Positions 18,821 through 29,995 of a stretch of DNA of 64,000 nucleotides are shown piece after piece. The notes beneath the pieces are model-generated. The model did no database searches. It saw only the letters and a program-made list of their open reading frames with translations, and had not been told where the DNA came from. The stretch lies in the NCBI GenBank assembly GCA_016217905.1, contig JACRFL010000002.1:18817-82816 (forward strand), written 5' to 3'. Position numbers and translations under genes: made by a program. The stretch's first letter is position 1; the number at the start of each line of letters is the position of its first letter. The DNA is from Candidatus Kaiserbacteria bacterium (lineage in GTDB: Bacteria; Patescibacteriota; Minisyncoccia; Phycocordibacterales; Phycocordibacteraceae).

Positions 18821-19246
18821 TTAAACCATTTTTACATCGATCGTGACTCCCGAGGGGAGATTGAGGTTCGTGAGGGCCTCGATCACCTTCGGCGAGGGAT
18901 TCAGGATATCGATGAGGCGCTTATGGATGCGCATCTCGAACTGCTCTCTAGCGTCCTTGTGGACAAAGGTGGAGCGGTTCACCGTCCAGCGCTTGATCTC
19001 GGTCGGGAGCGGGACCGGGCCAACGACGACGGCGTCGAAGCGAGCGGCGGTGTCCATGATCTGCTTCACCGAGAGATCAAGGATCTTGTGCTCGTAGGCG
19101 CGGACGCGGATACGGAGCTTGTGTTCCGCAGCCGGGGCGACCGGAGCGGCCTTCTTCTTCGGCACCGTCTTCTTCGCTACAGCCTCTGTCGTCTTCTTAA
19201 CGGCGTGCTTGGCCGGCCTCTTCGCTTTAGTCGCAGTCTCGGGCAT
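18821..19246 (-). CDS. rpsJ: 30S ribosomal protein S10 with Lys/Ala-rich N-terminal extension
   Basis: GPVPLPT, REQFEMRIHKRLI. Confidence 0.96.
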   Translation of the reverse strand: MPETATKAKRPAKHAVKKTTEAVAKKTVPKKKAAPVAPAAEHKLRIRVRAYEHKILDLSVKQIMDTAARFDAVVVGPVPLPTEIKRWTVNRSTFVHKDAREQFEMRIHKRLIDILNPSPKVIEALTNLNLPSGVTIDVKMV

Positions 19247-19254
19247 TGTAGTGA

Positions 19255-20454
<1,200 letters not shown>

Positions 20455-20596
20455 AGTAATTATCGATAATATTCTAATAAATCACGAATATTCCGACGCC
20501 TGTCTGCGCAGGCAGGTGAGTCGGAACAAACTCCTAAGCTTGCCGACTCACAAAAAGCAGACAAGCCAAAGAGCGACGCCAAGATGCGTTAGGAGC

Positions 20597-20625
20597 ACTA
20601 TACGAGAAGGCTTCGGGAAATGCAA
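20597..20625 (-). promoter_or_regulatory. Sigma70-type promoter upstream of tuf
   Basis: Minus strand TTGCAT-N17-TATAGT. Confidence 0.6.
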
Positions 20626-20654
20626 CTCGCCACGGGGATAAAATAGAGTGGAAG

Positions 20655-20744
20655 ATTACTTCCTACTCGCGATGATGTCTTGGGCGATATTGTTCGGGAC
20701 AGTGTCGTAGTGGTCGAATTCCATGGTCATCGAGCCGCGGCCTT
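20655..20744 (-). repeat. Duplicate of the fusA 3' end (90 bp, identical to 21293-21382)
   Basis: Base-by-base identity; encodes [28 protein letters not shown]. Confidence 0.97.
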
Positions 20745-20747
20745 TTG

Positions 20748-21014
20748 TTAGATACGGTAAATCCAACTGTGCGGCCCGCAAGTGAGAAATAGCGCGGTCG
20801 AGGCGTCGAGCCAACGGAAAATAATCCGATACTGTCGATTGATCCTGAAACTCCAAAGTTCGCGCTGTTTCGGATGCAACTTTTCGGTATGCAGTGACGG
20901 ATGGTAAGGATTCTCGCTGAACAATATCCATTTCTTATGTGCTTGCTTCCGCACTGCGGCGGGCAATTCGGCAAAACGCCTTTCGAATTCAAAAGTGGTC
21001 TCGACCGCGATCAT
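20748..21014 (-). CDS. RelE/YoeB-superfamily type II toxin
   Basis: 88 aa, 'FERRFAEL...NPYHPSLHTEKL...WSFRINRQYRIIF...GPH..IY'; start overlaps the upstream gene's stop. Confidence 0.85.
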   Translation of the reverse strand: MIAVETTFEFERRFAELPAAVRKQAHKKWILFSENPYHPSLHTEKLHPKQRELWSFRINRQYRIIFRWLDASTALFLTCGPHSWIYRI

Positions 21015-21220
21015 GCGGCGCGAATTTTGCTGGGCATATGTACCCGGTGACTACGCCCAGCGTGGTAGTCGGCTTCGGCACGTGTCACACTCGCGAGGAA
21101 CTCCGGATTGAATAAACCAAAGGAAGCTGCGAGTCGCTCCAAGCGGTCGGCGTCAAGCTCAAGCACAAGCTTATGGCTCTTCGAATTTTTCGAACGAATG
21201 GTGGCAGCAATGCGGTTCAT
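21011..21220 (-). CDS. Putative antitoxin paired with the RelE-type toxin
   Basis: 69 aa, 'NPEFLASVTRAEADYHAGR'; coupled to the toxin; TGTTATACT extended -10 lies 7 nt before the ATG. Confidence 0.7.
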   Translation of the reverse strand: MNRIAATIRSKNSKSHKLVLELDADRLERLAASFGLFNPEFLASVTRAEADYHAGRSHRVHMPSKIRAA

Positions 21221-21293
21221 GTCCACAGTATAACACGCCTTCATGAATTAAAGAAAATCGCCCAGGATTGATGAGTACGGCGTATCGGCCAAA

Positions 21294-23441
21294 TTACTTC
21301 CTACTCGCGATGATGTCTTGGGCGATATTGTTCGGGACAGTGTCGTAGTGGTCGAATTCCATGGTCATCGAGCCGCGGCCTTCGGTCATGGAGCGGAGTG
21401 TGGTGGTGTAGCCGAACATCTCCGAGAGCGGCACCTTTGCATGCACGACCTTGTTCATCCCGCGCTCTTCCATTCCTTCTATCTGCGCGCGCTTCCCGGA
21501 GAGGTTACCGGTGATGTCGCCCATGAACTGGTCCGGCACGACGACCTCGACGCGCATAATCGGCTCGAGAATGACCGGCTTCGCTTTCTGCGCCGCTTCC
21601 TGAAAGGCCATCGACGCGGCGATCTTGAAGGCGATTTCGGATGAGTCGACGTCGTGGTAGCTGCCGTCATAGAGGTCGACCGAGATGTCGACCATCGGGA
21701 AGCCGGCCAGATATCCGCGCGACATCGCCTCGCGCACGCCCTTCTCCACCGCCGGAATATATTCCTGCGGGACGACACCGCCCTTGATGTTGTTGACGAA
21801 TTCGAAATGATCCTCGCGAGTAACGTTCTTCGCCACTTTCGCTTCCGGATCGACCGGCTCCATCTTCTTCATCTTGATCTTCACGTGGCCGTACTGACCG
21901 CGGCCGCCGGTCTGCTTGATGTACTTCCCTTCGGCCTCCGAGGAGCCGAGAATCGTCTCGCGATACGCCACTTGCGGCTTGCCCACGTCCGCGACGACGT
22001 TGAATTCGCGCTTCATGCGGTCAACGAGAATTTCAAGGTGCAGCTCACCCATGCCGGAAATGATGGTCTCGTTCGTCTCCTCGTCGGTCTTGATGCGGAA
22101 GGTCGGGTCCTCGTCGCTAAGCTTCCTGAGCGCGATGCCCATCTTCTCCTGGTCGGCCTTTGTCGAGGGCTCGATGCGGAGGCTGACAACTGGTTCGGGG
22201 AATTTGATCTGCTCAAGCACGATAGGGCTCGCCTCGTCGCAGAGCGTGTGCGAGGTCTTCGTATCCTTCAGTCCCACCGCGGCGGCGATCTCCCCGGTGA
22301 ACACCTTTTCGACTTCTTCGCGCTTGTCGGCCTGGAGCCGGACGATGCGGCCAACGCGCTCCTTCGAGCCGGTCGTCGAGTTGTAGACGTAGGAACCGGC
22401 GGTGAGGGTACCCGAATACACGCGGAAGAAGGTCAGCGCGCCGACGAAAGGATCGGTCTGGAGTTTGAACGCGAGCGCACAGAACGGCTCGTCGTCGGAG
22501 GCGTGGCGCTCGATCGGCTCGCCGGTTTTCGGGTTCGTGCCGGTTGCGGGCGGCAGGTCCAAGGGCGACGGTAGATAGTCGACGACCGCGTCGAGCACGA
22601 GCTGTACTCCCTTGTTCTTGAGCGCGCTCCCGCAGTAGACGGGGAAGATTTCGTTATTGACGACCGCCTTGCGCAGGATCGCTTTCAATTCTTCAACGCT
22701 CGGCTCTTTGCCCTCGAGATAGGCGCTCATCGCTTTGTCATCCTGCTCGACGATGCGCTCGATAAGATCGGCGCGATACTTCTTCGCATCTTCGAGAAGG
22801 TTCGCCGGAATCTCGCCCTCAATCACCTCCTCACCCATATTCCCAGAGAAGGTATACGCCTTCATCGCGAGCAAGTCGACGACGCCCTCATGCGCGCTCT
22901 CCTCGCCGATGGGGATCTGCATGCGGATGGCCTTTTTCGAGAGACGATCAAGGATGCTCGCGTAGGAGCGCTCGAAGGAGGCGCCGACGCGATCGAGCTT
23001 ATTGATGAAACAGACGCGCGGTACCTGCGCCTCATCCGCATAGCGCCAGTTGGTCTCGGACTGAGGCTCTACCCCCGCCACCCCGTCGAAGACGACGATC
23101 GCGCCGTCAAGCACGCGCATCGAGCGCTTCACCTCGGCGGTGAAGTCGATGTGGCCGGGAGTGTCGATGATATTGAAGCGAAATTTCTTGGTCGTATCCT
23201 TCTTGTCGGACTCGCCGGTCTTTGTCCAGAAACAGGTGATGGCGGCGGCGGTGATGGTGATGCCGCGCTCGCGCTCCTGCTCCATCCAGTCGGTCGTTGT
23301 CTCGCCCTCATGCACCTCGCCGATCTTGTGCTGGCTACCCGTATAGAAAAGCACGCGCTCGCTGGTCGTCGTCTTGCCCGCGTCGATATGCGCGATGATG
23401 CCGAAATTGCGTACTTTCTCTAACGGATAGTCTCTGTTCAT
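21294..23441 (-). CDS. fusA: Elongation factor G
   Basis: [34 protein letters not shown]. Confidence 0.99.
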   Translation of the reverse strand: MNRDYPLEKVRNFGIIAHIDAGKTTTSERVLFYTGSQHKIGEVHEGETTTDWMEQERERGITITAAAITCFWTKTGESDKKDTTKKFRFNIIDTPGHIDFTAEVKRSMRVLDGAIVVFDGVAGVEPQSETNWRYADEAQVPRVCFINKLDRVGASFERSYASILDRLSKKAIRMQIPIGEESAHEGVVDLLAMKAYTFSGNMGEEVIEGEIPANLLEDAKKYRADLIERIVEQDDKAMSAYLEGKEPSVEELKAILRKAVVNNEIFPVYCGSALKNKGVQLVLDAVVDYLPSPLDLPPATGTNPKTGEPIERHASDDEPFCALAFKLQTDPFVGALTFFRVYSGTLTAGSYVYNSTTGSKERVGRIVRLQADKREEVEKVFTGEIAAAVGLKDTKTSHTLCDEASPIVLEQIKFPEPVVSLRIEPSTKADQEKMGIALRKLSDEDPTFRIKTDEETNETIISGMGELHLEILVDRMKREFNVVADVGKPQVAYRETILGSSEAEGKYIKQTGGRGQYGHVKIKMKKMEPVDPEAKVAKNVTREDHFEFVNNIKGGVVPQEYIPAVEKGVREAMSRGYLAGFPMVDISVDLYDGSYHDVDSSEIAFKIAASMAFQEAAQKAKPVILEPIMRVEVVVPDQFMGDITGNLSGKRAQIEGMEERGMNKVVHAKVPLSEMFGYTTTLRSMTEGRGSMTMEFDHYDTVPNNIAQDIIASRK

Positions 23442-23572
23442 AAAGTTTCTAAAAAATAATCCGCCAGCTGGCGGACGCCGAAGCGTTATCAACAGAATAG
23501 CCGAAATGAGAGAAATTGCAAAGTGCAGGTATGCGCAGTAAGATTTAAGAGGAGTTCAAACGAGGAAAAAAG

Positions 23573-23788
23573 ATGGGGAGACTGAAACCAGATTCTGTCG
23601 AGCACATGCTTGGAAGAGCTGATTACTTTGCAGGGCTGGTAACGGAAACGTCTGATCCAGTGTACTGGCCACCGGAAAGGATCCGAGAGGCACTCGCGGT
23701 ATTGCGCCCTGCACGGGACCTCAGGCATGCGACATACGCAACAGCTTGTGCCGCGGCCGAATGTGTAGAGTTCAAGGCAGCGTATTGA
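23573..23788 (+). CDS. Small hypothetical protein, antisense within the str operon
   Basis: GAGG upstream of the ATG and a terminator-like hairpin at 23811-23835. Confidence 0.35.
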   Translation: MGRLKPDSVEHMLGRADYFAGLVTETSDPVYWPPERIREALAVLRPARDLRHATYATACAAAECVEFKAAY

Positions 23789-23810
23789 AGCCTCGCTTCT
23801 CCCATTAACC

Positions 23811-23835
23811 AAAAAACCCGCGTTCCGCGGGTTTT
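23811..23835. terminator. Bidirectional terminator-like hairpin
   Basis: aaaaaacccgcg-ttc-cgcgggtttt. Confidence 0.65.
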
Positions 23836-23885
23836 ACATTATTCAAAATCCCTCGACGTCGCCAGGGATGATTTTGTAAACAAAA

Positions 23886-23937
23886 TCACCACGCGAAGTG
23901 GGCGAAGGCCTTGTTGGCGTCGGCCATGCGGTGCATC
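23886..23937 (-). repeat. Duplicate of the rpsG 3' end (52 bp, 48/52 to 24563-24614; all differences silent)
   Basis: Both copies encode MHRMADANKAFAHFAW*. Confidence 0.95.
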
Positions 23938-24172
23938 ATTTGCCTTGCAACAATTTCAAAAATTCATCCGCTGATATTTTCGCCTGCCTAAGAATGCTGG
24001 CCAAGTCCTTGCGTGATATATCGCGCGAATGACGCGGCACCGTTGCAAATCGTGTCGGATCAGCGGCGTGCCGTAGAAATACGTGACTTCCCTTCTGTCT
24101 AATAATCGTGAACCCCGCCTTAAGGAGCGCGGCGATGATTGTCGCCGCACGAAGCATCGGCAAAATGCTCAT
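23936..24172 (-). CDS. hicA: HicA-family toxin
   Basis: GFTIIRQKGSHVFLRH, VPRH, LASILRQA. Confidence 0.92.
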   Translation of the reverse strand: MSILPMLRAATIIAALLKAGFTIIRQKGSHVFLRHAADPTRFATVPRHSRDISRKDLASILRQAKISADEFLKLLQGK

Positions 24173-24450
24173 GCGTATACGGTAACTGGACCGGCTATTC
24201 TTGCAGTTTTACCCTTTCCGGTTATGTGTCCTTCATCATCAATAACTATTTTTCCGTCATCGAATGCAATTTCGCACAGTCCTTCAATAAGGTCATTCGC
24301 CATGTATTTTGCGTCAGCAAGAGTGGAACCTTGCGTCATTGTTTTTTGAAAGCTTGGGACTTCTACAAGATATAATTTGTCAGACCGGTCATACCATATG
24401 AGCGCATTAAAAATGCCATATTTAGTCTTGATAAGATATTTCCTTTTCAT
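24169..24450 (-). CDS. hicB: HicB-family antitoxin
   Basis: YLVEVPSF...TQGSTLADAKYMANDLI; TGCTATACT extended -10 lies 7 nt before the ATG. Confidence 0.88.
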   Translation of the reverse strand: MKRKYLIKTKYGIFNALIWYDRSDKLYLVEVPSFQKTMTQGSTLADAKYMANDLIEGLCEIAFDDGKIVIDDEGHITGKGKTARIAGPVTVYA

Positions 24451-24562
24451 CCGCCAAGTATAGCACAACGGCCAATTTTGATTACTACCAAGTGAGTGAG
24501 CGAAAAGAAATTCCTATTTCACTTTTCGAACGAACGCGGGGAGGAAGCTTTGTCCTCAAAGC

Positions 24563-25027
24563 TTACCACGCGAAGTGGGCGAAGGCCTTGTTCGCATCCG
24601 CCATGCGGTGCATCTCGTCCTTCTTCTTAATTGCATCGCCCTCGTTCTTGGCGGCGAGGAGGAGCTCGGCGGCGAGCTTCTCCGCCATCGGCTTCCCTTT
24701 CTTCGCGCGTGCCGCGGTAATCAACCAGCGGAAGGAGAGAGCGAGGCGCCGATTCTGCGGCACTTCCCGCGGCACCTGGTAGTTCGCCCCGCCGACGCGT
24801 CGCGAGCGGACCTCCATCAGGGGCGAAACGTTGCGCAGCGCCGCTTCGAAGGTCTCGAGCGGGTCGGCGCCGCCTTCTTTAACCGCGGCGAGCGCGTCGT
24901 AGACAACCGCGCGGGCGGTGTCCTTCTTCCCGTCCCACATGACCGCATTGATAAAGCGGGTGAGCGTCTCCGAGCCGTAGGTGAGGTCGGGGCGCCAGGT
25001 ACGCTTCTTTTTAAGGGGTCGGCGCAT
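24563..25027 (-). CDS. rpsG: 30S ribosomal protein S7
   Basis: EVRSRRVGGANYQVP, HRMADANKAFAHF. Confidence 0.98.
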   Translation of the reverse strand: MRRPLKKKRTWRPDLTYGSETLTRFINAVMWDGKKDTARAVVYDALAAVKEGGADPLETFEAALRNVSPLMEVRSRRVGGANYQVPREVPQNRRLALSFRWLITAARAKKGKPMAEKLAAELLLAAKNEGDAIKKKDEMHRMADANKAFAHFAW

Positions 25028-25028
25028 G

Positions 25029-25442
25029 TTATTTTGCCGACGGGCGCTTCGCGCCGTAGCGCGAGCGGGCGGTGCGGCGCTTCTCGAGACCGCTTGTGTC
25101 GAGCTTGCCGCGCACGATGGTGTACTGCACGCCGATGTCCTTCACCCTGCCGCCGCGAAGCATCACGACCGAGTGTTCCTGGAGATTGTGCCCCTCGCCG
25201 GGAATGTAGGCGGTGACTTCCATCCCGTTGGTGAGGCGGACGCGGGCGATCTTGCGGATGGCGGAGTTCGGCTTCCTCGGAGTCTTGGTAGTCACCTTGG
25301 TGCATACGCCACGCTTAAAAGGCGAAGGATAGTAGGTCGGACGATTCGCGAGCGCATTAAAACCGCGGGCCAAGGCGGGCACGCTCGTCTTCGACGATTT
25401 CGACTTTCGCCCCCTCTTGGAGAGCTGGTTGATGGTGGACAT
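25029..25442 (-). CDS. rpsL: 30S ribosomal protein S12
   Basis: [24 protein letters not shown]. Confidence 0.98.
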   Translation of the reverse strand: MSTINQLSKRGRKSKSSKTSVPALARGFNALANRPTYYPSPFKRGVCTKVTTKTPRKPNSAIRKIARVRLTNGMEVTAYIPGEGHNLQEHSVVMLRGGRVKDIGVQYTIVRGKLDTSGLEKRRTARSRYGAKRPSAK

Positions 25443-25475
25443 TTAGAAAAAGAAGACCCGAGGTGGGTCACAAGC

Positions 25476-25504
25476 AATATAAAGGAATGGTGAGAGGAAT
25501 GCAA
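25476..25504 (-). promoter_or_regulatory. Sigma70-type promoter of the str operon
   Basis: Minus strand TTGCAT-N17-TATATT. Confidence 0.55.
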
Positions 25505-25572
25505 CTTGGGCAGGCCGTAGGGAAAGTGGTTTGAATCTTTCCCGCATTTTCCTACAGACTACAATCTACTCC

Positions 25573-26235
25573 CTACAAACTATTTTCATCGATCGGCTCG
25601 CGGTAAGGGTCGGACGAGTACGCTCTTGGGAGCGCGGGGTTCGCGGGCGTGACGGGAATCGCGGCGGGGCGGGGCGGGGCGGGAGGTTCTGTCTGCAGTA
25701 TAGGAGGGGCGAATCGCGGTTCCGGAATCCGCGGCGGGACCTTGTTGAACTCGATATGCGGCTCCTCGTGATCCTCGAGCAGCCGGTCGCTCTCCATCGA
25801 CCTCGGAGTTGGGGAGGTCTGACCTTCCCCACTACTCACGGGAGGTTGCGGGGGTTGCGGAATGTAGCGCGGCGCTGGCGCGCTCATCGCCCGCGGCGCC
25901 GAGGGCGGTGCCGCGCCCCTCCGCTCCTCTTCCCGCAGCGGTACGAAGATCTGAGCATTGACATCCTGCACGATGCCGTCGACGGTCTCCCGGTCGAGAT
26001 GTGCCTCCTCGGCAAGCGCCTGAACGAACTCGTCCGGGTTCTCGACACCCATCAGGAGCAACATTATTTCTCGCTCGAGCACGCCGCCCTGATCGATGCG
26101 CAAACCGTACTTGGTCATCATATTCCTTGCGACTGCCGTATATCTCCCCTGCGTGAGATATGTGCGTATCACCGGCGGCAAGGTCTGCATCACTTGCTTG
26201 ACATCATCCTCTAGATTTTGGTTTTGTGGATCCAT
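25573..26235 (-). CDS. Hypothetical protein, helical N-terminus and Pro-rich tail ending DPYREPI
   Basis: Long ORF at the end of a minus-strand operon. Confidence 0.7.
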   Translation of the reverse strand: MDPQNQNLEDDVKQVMQTLPPVIRTYLTQGRYTAVARNMMTKYGLRIDQGGVLEREIMLLLMGVENPDEFVQALAEEAHLDRETVDGIVQDVNAQIFVPLREEERRGAAPPSAPRAMSAPAPRYIPQPPQPPVSSGEGQTSPTPRSMESDRLLEDHEEPHIEFNKVPPRIPEPRFAPPILQTEPPAPPRPAAIPVTPANPALPRAYSSDPYREPIDENSL

Positions 26236-26252
26236 ACGTAATGTATCTCCGA

Positions 26253-28331
26253 TTACGGCTTTGGGGCTGCGGGTGCAGATGTCTTAGCTCTATCCTCTGC
26301 CTCTTTTTCCTCCCGCGCCATCTCCTTAATAAGTTCCTCCAATTTGTCTTTATTGGGTTTCGAGGTCCTGATTTTCTTAGCCGCCTCCGAACCGCCCGGA
26401 CCAAATAGTGCCCAACCTGCTAGCGAGCCTTCGATATTCTTGGCGTACTGCTCGCGACGGGCTTTTGCGCCAGCGGGCCTGACCTCGCTTTCTTTCTTCG
26501 CCTCGATACTTTTTTCAACATTCGTTTTTGCTTCCGTTGCTTTTGAAAGTTCTTCTTCGGTCTTCGTAACCTTCTCAAGCGCTCTCACGACACCGGCTTC
26601 AGCAGCCATAAGCTTTTCTTGATTTTTCGGGTCTGTGTCCCAATAACGATCCCCCCTCTTTTCTTCCGCAATACGGTCGCGCTCTTTGGTCGCCGTATCG
26701 TGCTCGCTCTTTGCCATATCATGCGAGCCTTGTGCCGTTGTCCGCTTTATTTCTGCATCCTTTATGGCCTTATCCTCTTCCCTCGTATTCTCTGTACGCG
26801 CCGTCTCGCGTCCTGTAAGAGATTTTGCGTACTCTTCGTGTCCCTTAACAGACTTTTCCTGTCGCGCTCGATATCCGCCCTTCTGCGCTGCTCCAGCGTC
26901 AACACCGCCGTATGGCAGTTTCCCTAGTACTCCTGTACCGCGCACGTCAAAACTCGCTTTCGCTCCACGATCGAATGTGCTGGCCAGCAAGCGTCCTCTC
27001 TTAGTTTCGCCCCAGCTGCTTGAACGAACCTTGCGCGAGAGATACTGCGACCCTGCTCCCACCGTAGAGCGCATGCCAAAAGCGGTCGCGCCGAACGTGA
27101 GCTTGCCGGCAAGCTTCGTCGCTCCGGCGGCGCCGAAGGCGGAGATCTTTTTCGAGACGATAACGACCGCGAGGAGGAGTCCCATCGCGACGAGGAAGGA
27201 GAGCATCAGACTCGCGAAGCCAGTCAGATCGTTACCGCCCACAAATCCTGTCCAATCTTTCGTACACGTTGCGCCCGGAGTGGACGGGGCGCAAATGCCG
27301 GTTAAGAAATTGACATCGGTGATGACCGCGAGCGCGATGTAAAGCAGGAGGAGGAGTACCGGCGCGGTGATGGTCTGTTCAAAGAGCGTGCTCCACCACT
27401 TCCCTGCCGAGCTCGCGAGCTTGGGCACCGCGAGCCCGGCGAAGCCGATGGGCGCGATAATAATAAGGAAGAGGAGTATGACAAACCGCGCGATGAGCAC
27501 GAACGCGAGCGAGAACATCACGAATGCCGTGATCAGGAAGAGAATGGTGCCCATAAAGCCGATAATCCAGGAGTTTCCCGATGTGAATACCCCTGTATTC
27601 ACCCTCCCTTGGCCGTAGATACTTTGTAGCCCAATCTGGTCCATAATCTTGTTTGAAATACCTTCGTTTTCGGGCGAGGTATTTAACTTGGCTAAAAAGT
27701 CGGGGGTCACCGGGTTACCGCCGTTAATCTGGGTGAAAAATTGCGTCGCGAAGAGGTTCCCGGTGTCGATAACCGCCTCGGCAAAAAAGAGCGAGAAGTT
27801 GAGGAAGACCGCGGCGACCAAGAGCATCGGGAGCATCTTCTTCCCGTAGCCGAGCCGTTCGGTGTTGAGAATGATGGAGATGCCGACCGCGAGGAAGCCG
27901 AAGATGAGCACGATGTTGCCGATGTCGCGCAGGATTCTCCAGGTGACGCCGACGGCGGAGAGCTTGTTCACGTAGTCCCCCATCGTGACGACGGTGAAGT
28001 ACACCGCGTAATCGAGCGTCATAGCCGCGACACCGACGAGCCACGCGAAGAGGCTCATGATCCAGGTCATAATTTTACCGAACCCCTCGCCAAGATCGCT
28101 GCTCGGCGGGAGCGTGCTCGGCGTTCCGGCGGCGGGGTTACTCTGGCTCACGTAATTCTCCGAAGTTACGCAGGTGCCATCTACCTGGTAGACCCCGCCA
28201 CCGGAGCCCGGTGCGCCCAGATCGCACGCCTGCCCGGGCCGGGGCTCGGCATGCGCGACGGGAGTACCCACGCCCGCCGCACCGACGAGGAGCACAAGAG
28301 CGACGAACGATGATGATAAGAAGCGCCGCAT
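26253..28331 (-). CDS. Multi-pass membrane protein, VirB6/TrbL-like, with coiled-coil C-terminus
   Basis: Signal peptide, W..LRDIGN, LLVAAVFLNFSL, APIGF...KWW, many TM helices. Confidence 0.7.
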   Translation of the reverse strand: MRRFLSSSFVALVLLVGAAGVGTPVAHAEPRPGQACDLGAPGSGGGVYQVDGTCVTSENYVSQSNPAAGTPSTLPPSSDLGEGFGKIMTWIMSLFAWLVGVAAMTLDYAVYFTVVTMGDYVNKLSAVGVTWRILRDIGNIVLIFGFLAVGISIILNTERLGYGKKMLPMLLVAAVFLNFSLFFAEAVIDTGNLFATQFFTQINGGNPVTPDFLAKLNTSPENEGISNKIMDQIGLQSIYGQGRVNTGVFTSGNSWIIGFMGTILFLITAFVMFSLAFVLIARFVILLFLIIIAPIGFAGLAVPKLASSAGKWWSTLFEQTITAPVLLLLLYIALAVITDVNFLTGICAPSTPGATCTKDWTGFVGGNDLTGFASLMLSFLVAMGLLLAVVIVSKKISAFGAAGATKLAGKLTFGATAFGMRSTVGAGSQYLSRKVRSSSWGETKRGRLLASTFDRGAKASFDVRGTGVLGKLPYGGVDAGAAQKGGYRARQEKSVKGHEEYAKSLTGRETARTENTREEDKAIKDAEIKRTTAQGSHDMAKSEHDTATKERDRIAEEKRGDRYWDTDPKNQEKLMAAEAGVVRALEKVTKTEEELSKATEAKTNVEKSIEAKKESEVRPAGAKARREQYAKNIEGSLAGWALFGPGGSEAAKKIRTSKPNKDKLEELIKEMAREEKEAEDRAKTSAPAAPKP

Positions 28332-28333
28332 AT

Positions 28334-29995
28334 TTAAGGACCCCCGCCCCCGCCACCAAACGGCGTACAGACCGAGATCTTGAGCGCTTGCGCGTTCGTG
28401 CTGATGAGGTTCATTCGGTCAACCAAGGTACCCCCCGAGACCACGAGCGAGCCCGAGGGACTCGCGGTCGCTTGGCCCGTCGACTGCGCTTCTTGCGTCG
28501 CGCTCGCAATATCGGCCGGAGTGGGCGGTGCGCTCTGGAGCTCCAGAACATCGGCGCCGAGAGTGTTCGTCGCCGCCTGGACCCGTTGCAGGTTCGCGGT
28601 GGCGGTGGCGGCTACTGTCGAAGCGGCAGAGACTTGGGTGAGGACAGGAGCCACCCCGCTCGCGAGTGCCGCCCGTGCCGCGCTCGCTTGCGCCCTTGCG
28701 GTGCTTGCGAAAGCCGGATCCGCGCTCGCGGCTTGCGCGGCGGCGGTGCAGAAATCCGCCAAGTCGGTAACGTTGGTCGACGCCACGTCCGCCGAGGCGG
28801 CGACGGTGTTCCAGGCCGTTTTGTATTGGTTTACGCGGTTTGACGCGCTTGAGACCAGTGTCGCCGTGCTCGCCGCGGCACCCTGAAGCACGGCGGATTC
28901 GACTCCCGCGGAAGACCCTGCCTGAAATGCGGGAGAACTCCCGGCATCAATGAGGCCGCCGGACCCGCGACCGCCAAGGACGTCCTTCGCGAGATTGATA
29001 GTGCCCATGATAGTGGCGATACTGCCTAAAAGCTGACCGAATTGCGTGCCGATATTCCCGATCTGGACGAGCTTATCCTGGCCGCCGCCGAGCGCATGAT
29101 TAAGGCCAGCCGTAATGGTCGACGCCGGCGTCCTGATGGTGCCCGGGGTGCCGTCTTTGTTTGTGCACGGGTCCCCGGGAGCAGTGCCCGGACCTCCGCT
29201 CACATACGCTCCGGTCGTCTCGTCTATGTTGGCTCCATCGCTGCCGGGGCGCTCCGGGCCGCACCACGAGAGGAAGCCTTGGCCCCAATTGAGCTCCGCA
29301 AGCCGCGCGGCGGTCGCCCCCGCGACGAGATTCGCGAGCTGGCTCTGCGAACTCTGGTAGAGGGTATAGGGATTGTTCTGCGGCTCGGTTGTAAGCGCGA
29401 ACCACGCGCGCGCGCCCCCCTGTGACCAGTCCCCATTGAGAAACCCGTTTACATTCGGCGACGCGAGATTAAGCGTGTTTCGATTCGCGGCCAAGAACCC
29501 GGCAGCGCTCGTGTTCTGGACGTAGTTCCTTTGCAATGACGAGGAGATCGATGAGGCGAAGGGCGAAGTTGAATTCCGCCCGAATTGGGCGATGAAGGCG
29601 AATGCCTTCGCGTCTCCGACCTTCCGCTGATTTTCCTGCAAATTCTGCACGAATTGCGTAGAACCGGTCCCGTTTGCGTTGGGCTTAGTGACAAACGCTA
29701 TGACGCCGGCGGTGAGCGCCTTCAGCAGGAGGCCCGACTTGATAAAGGCAATCGGCGCAAGCACGTAGTCGTTGACCTGCTTCGCGACGGTTGCGAGGGT
29801 GGTTATTGGATCCGCGATGGCGGAAATGCCGGTTGCTACGGCGGTTATGGTCTCTTGAACCCAACCAACAGCATCGCCCACAACCACAACTGGAATTGCA
29901 TGCGCTCTCTGCGGCGCAACAAGAAATGCGGAAGGCGCGAGAAGCGCGACTGTGAGAACTGTCGCGAGTATTGAAGCAAGAGGGCGCGTACTCAT
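28334..29995 (-). CDS. Large secreted Ala/Gly/Thr-rich hypothetical protein
   Basis: Signal peptide ending AHA; PQNNPY, GQGFLSW. Confidence 0.7.
   Translation of the reverse strand: MSTRPLASILATVLTVALLAPSAFLVAPQRAHAIPVVVVGDAVGWVQETITAVATGISAIADPITTLATVAKQVNDYVLAPIAFIKSGLLLKALTAGVIAFVTKPNANGTGSTQFVQNLQENQRKVGDAKAFAFIAQFGRNSTSPFASSISSSLQRNYVQNTSAAGFLAANRNTLNLASPNVNGFLNGDWSQGGARAWFALTTEPQNNPYTLYQSSQSQLANLVAGATAARLAELNWGQGFLSWCGPERPGSDGANIDETTGAYVSGGPGTAPGDPCTNKDGTPGTIRTPASTITAGLNHALGGGQDKLVQIGNIGTQFGQLLGSIATIMGTINLAKDVLGGRGSGGLIDAGSSPAFQAGSSAGVESAVLQGAAASTATLVSSASNRVNQYKTAWNTVAASADVASTNVTDLADFCTAAAQAASADPAFASTARAQASAARAALASGVAPVLTQVSAASTVAATATANLQRVQAATNTLGADVLELQSAPPTPADIASATQEAQSTGQATASPSGSLVVSGGTLVDRMNLISTNAQALKISVCTPFGGGGGGP

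Noticed and set aside
20656-20931. 91-aa ORF ending in the EF-G C-terminus
   Set aside because: It is an alternative frame of the toxin gene that runs into the duplicated fusA tail; the overlapping RelE-like frame is the credible gene.
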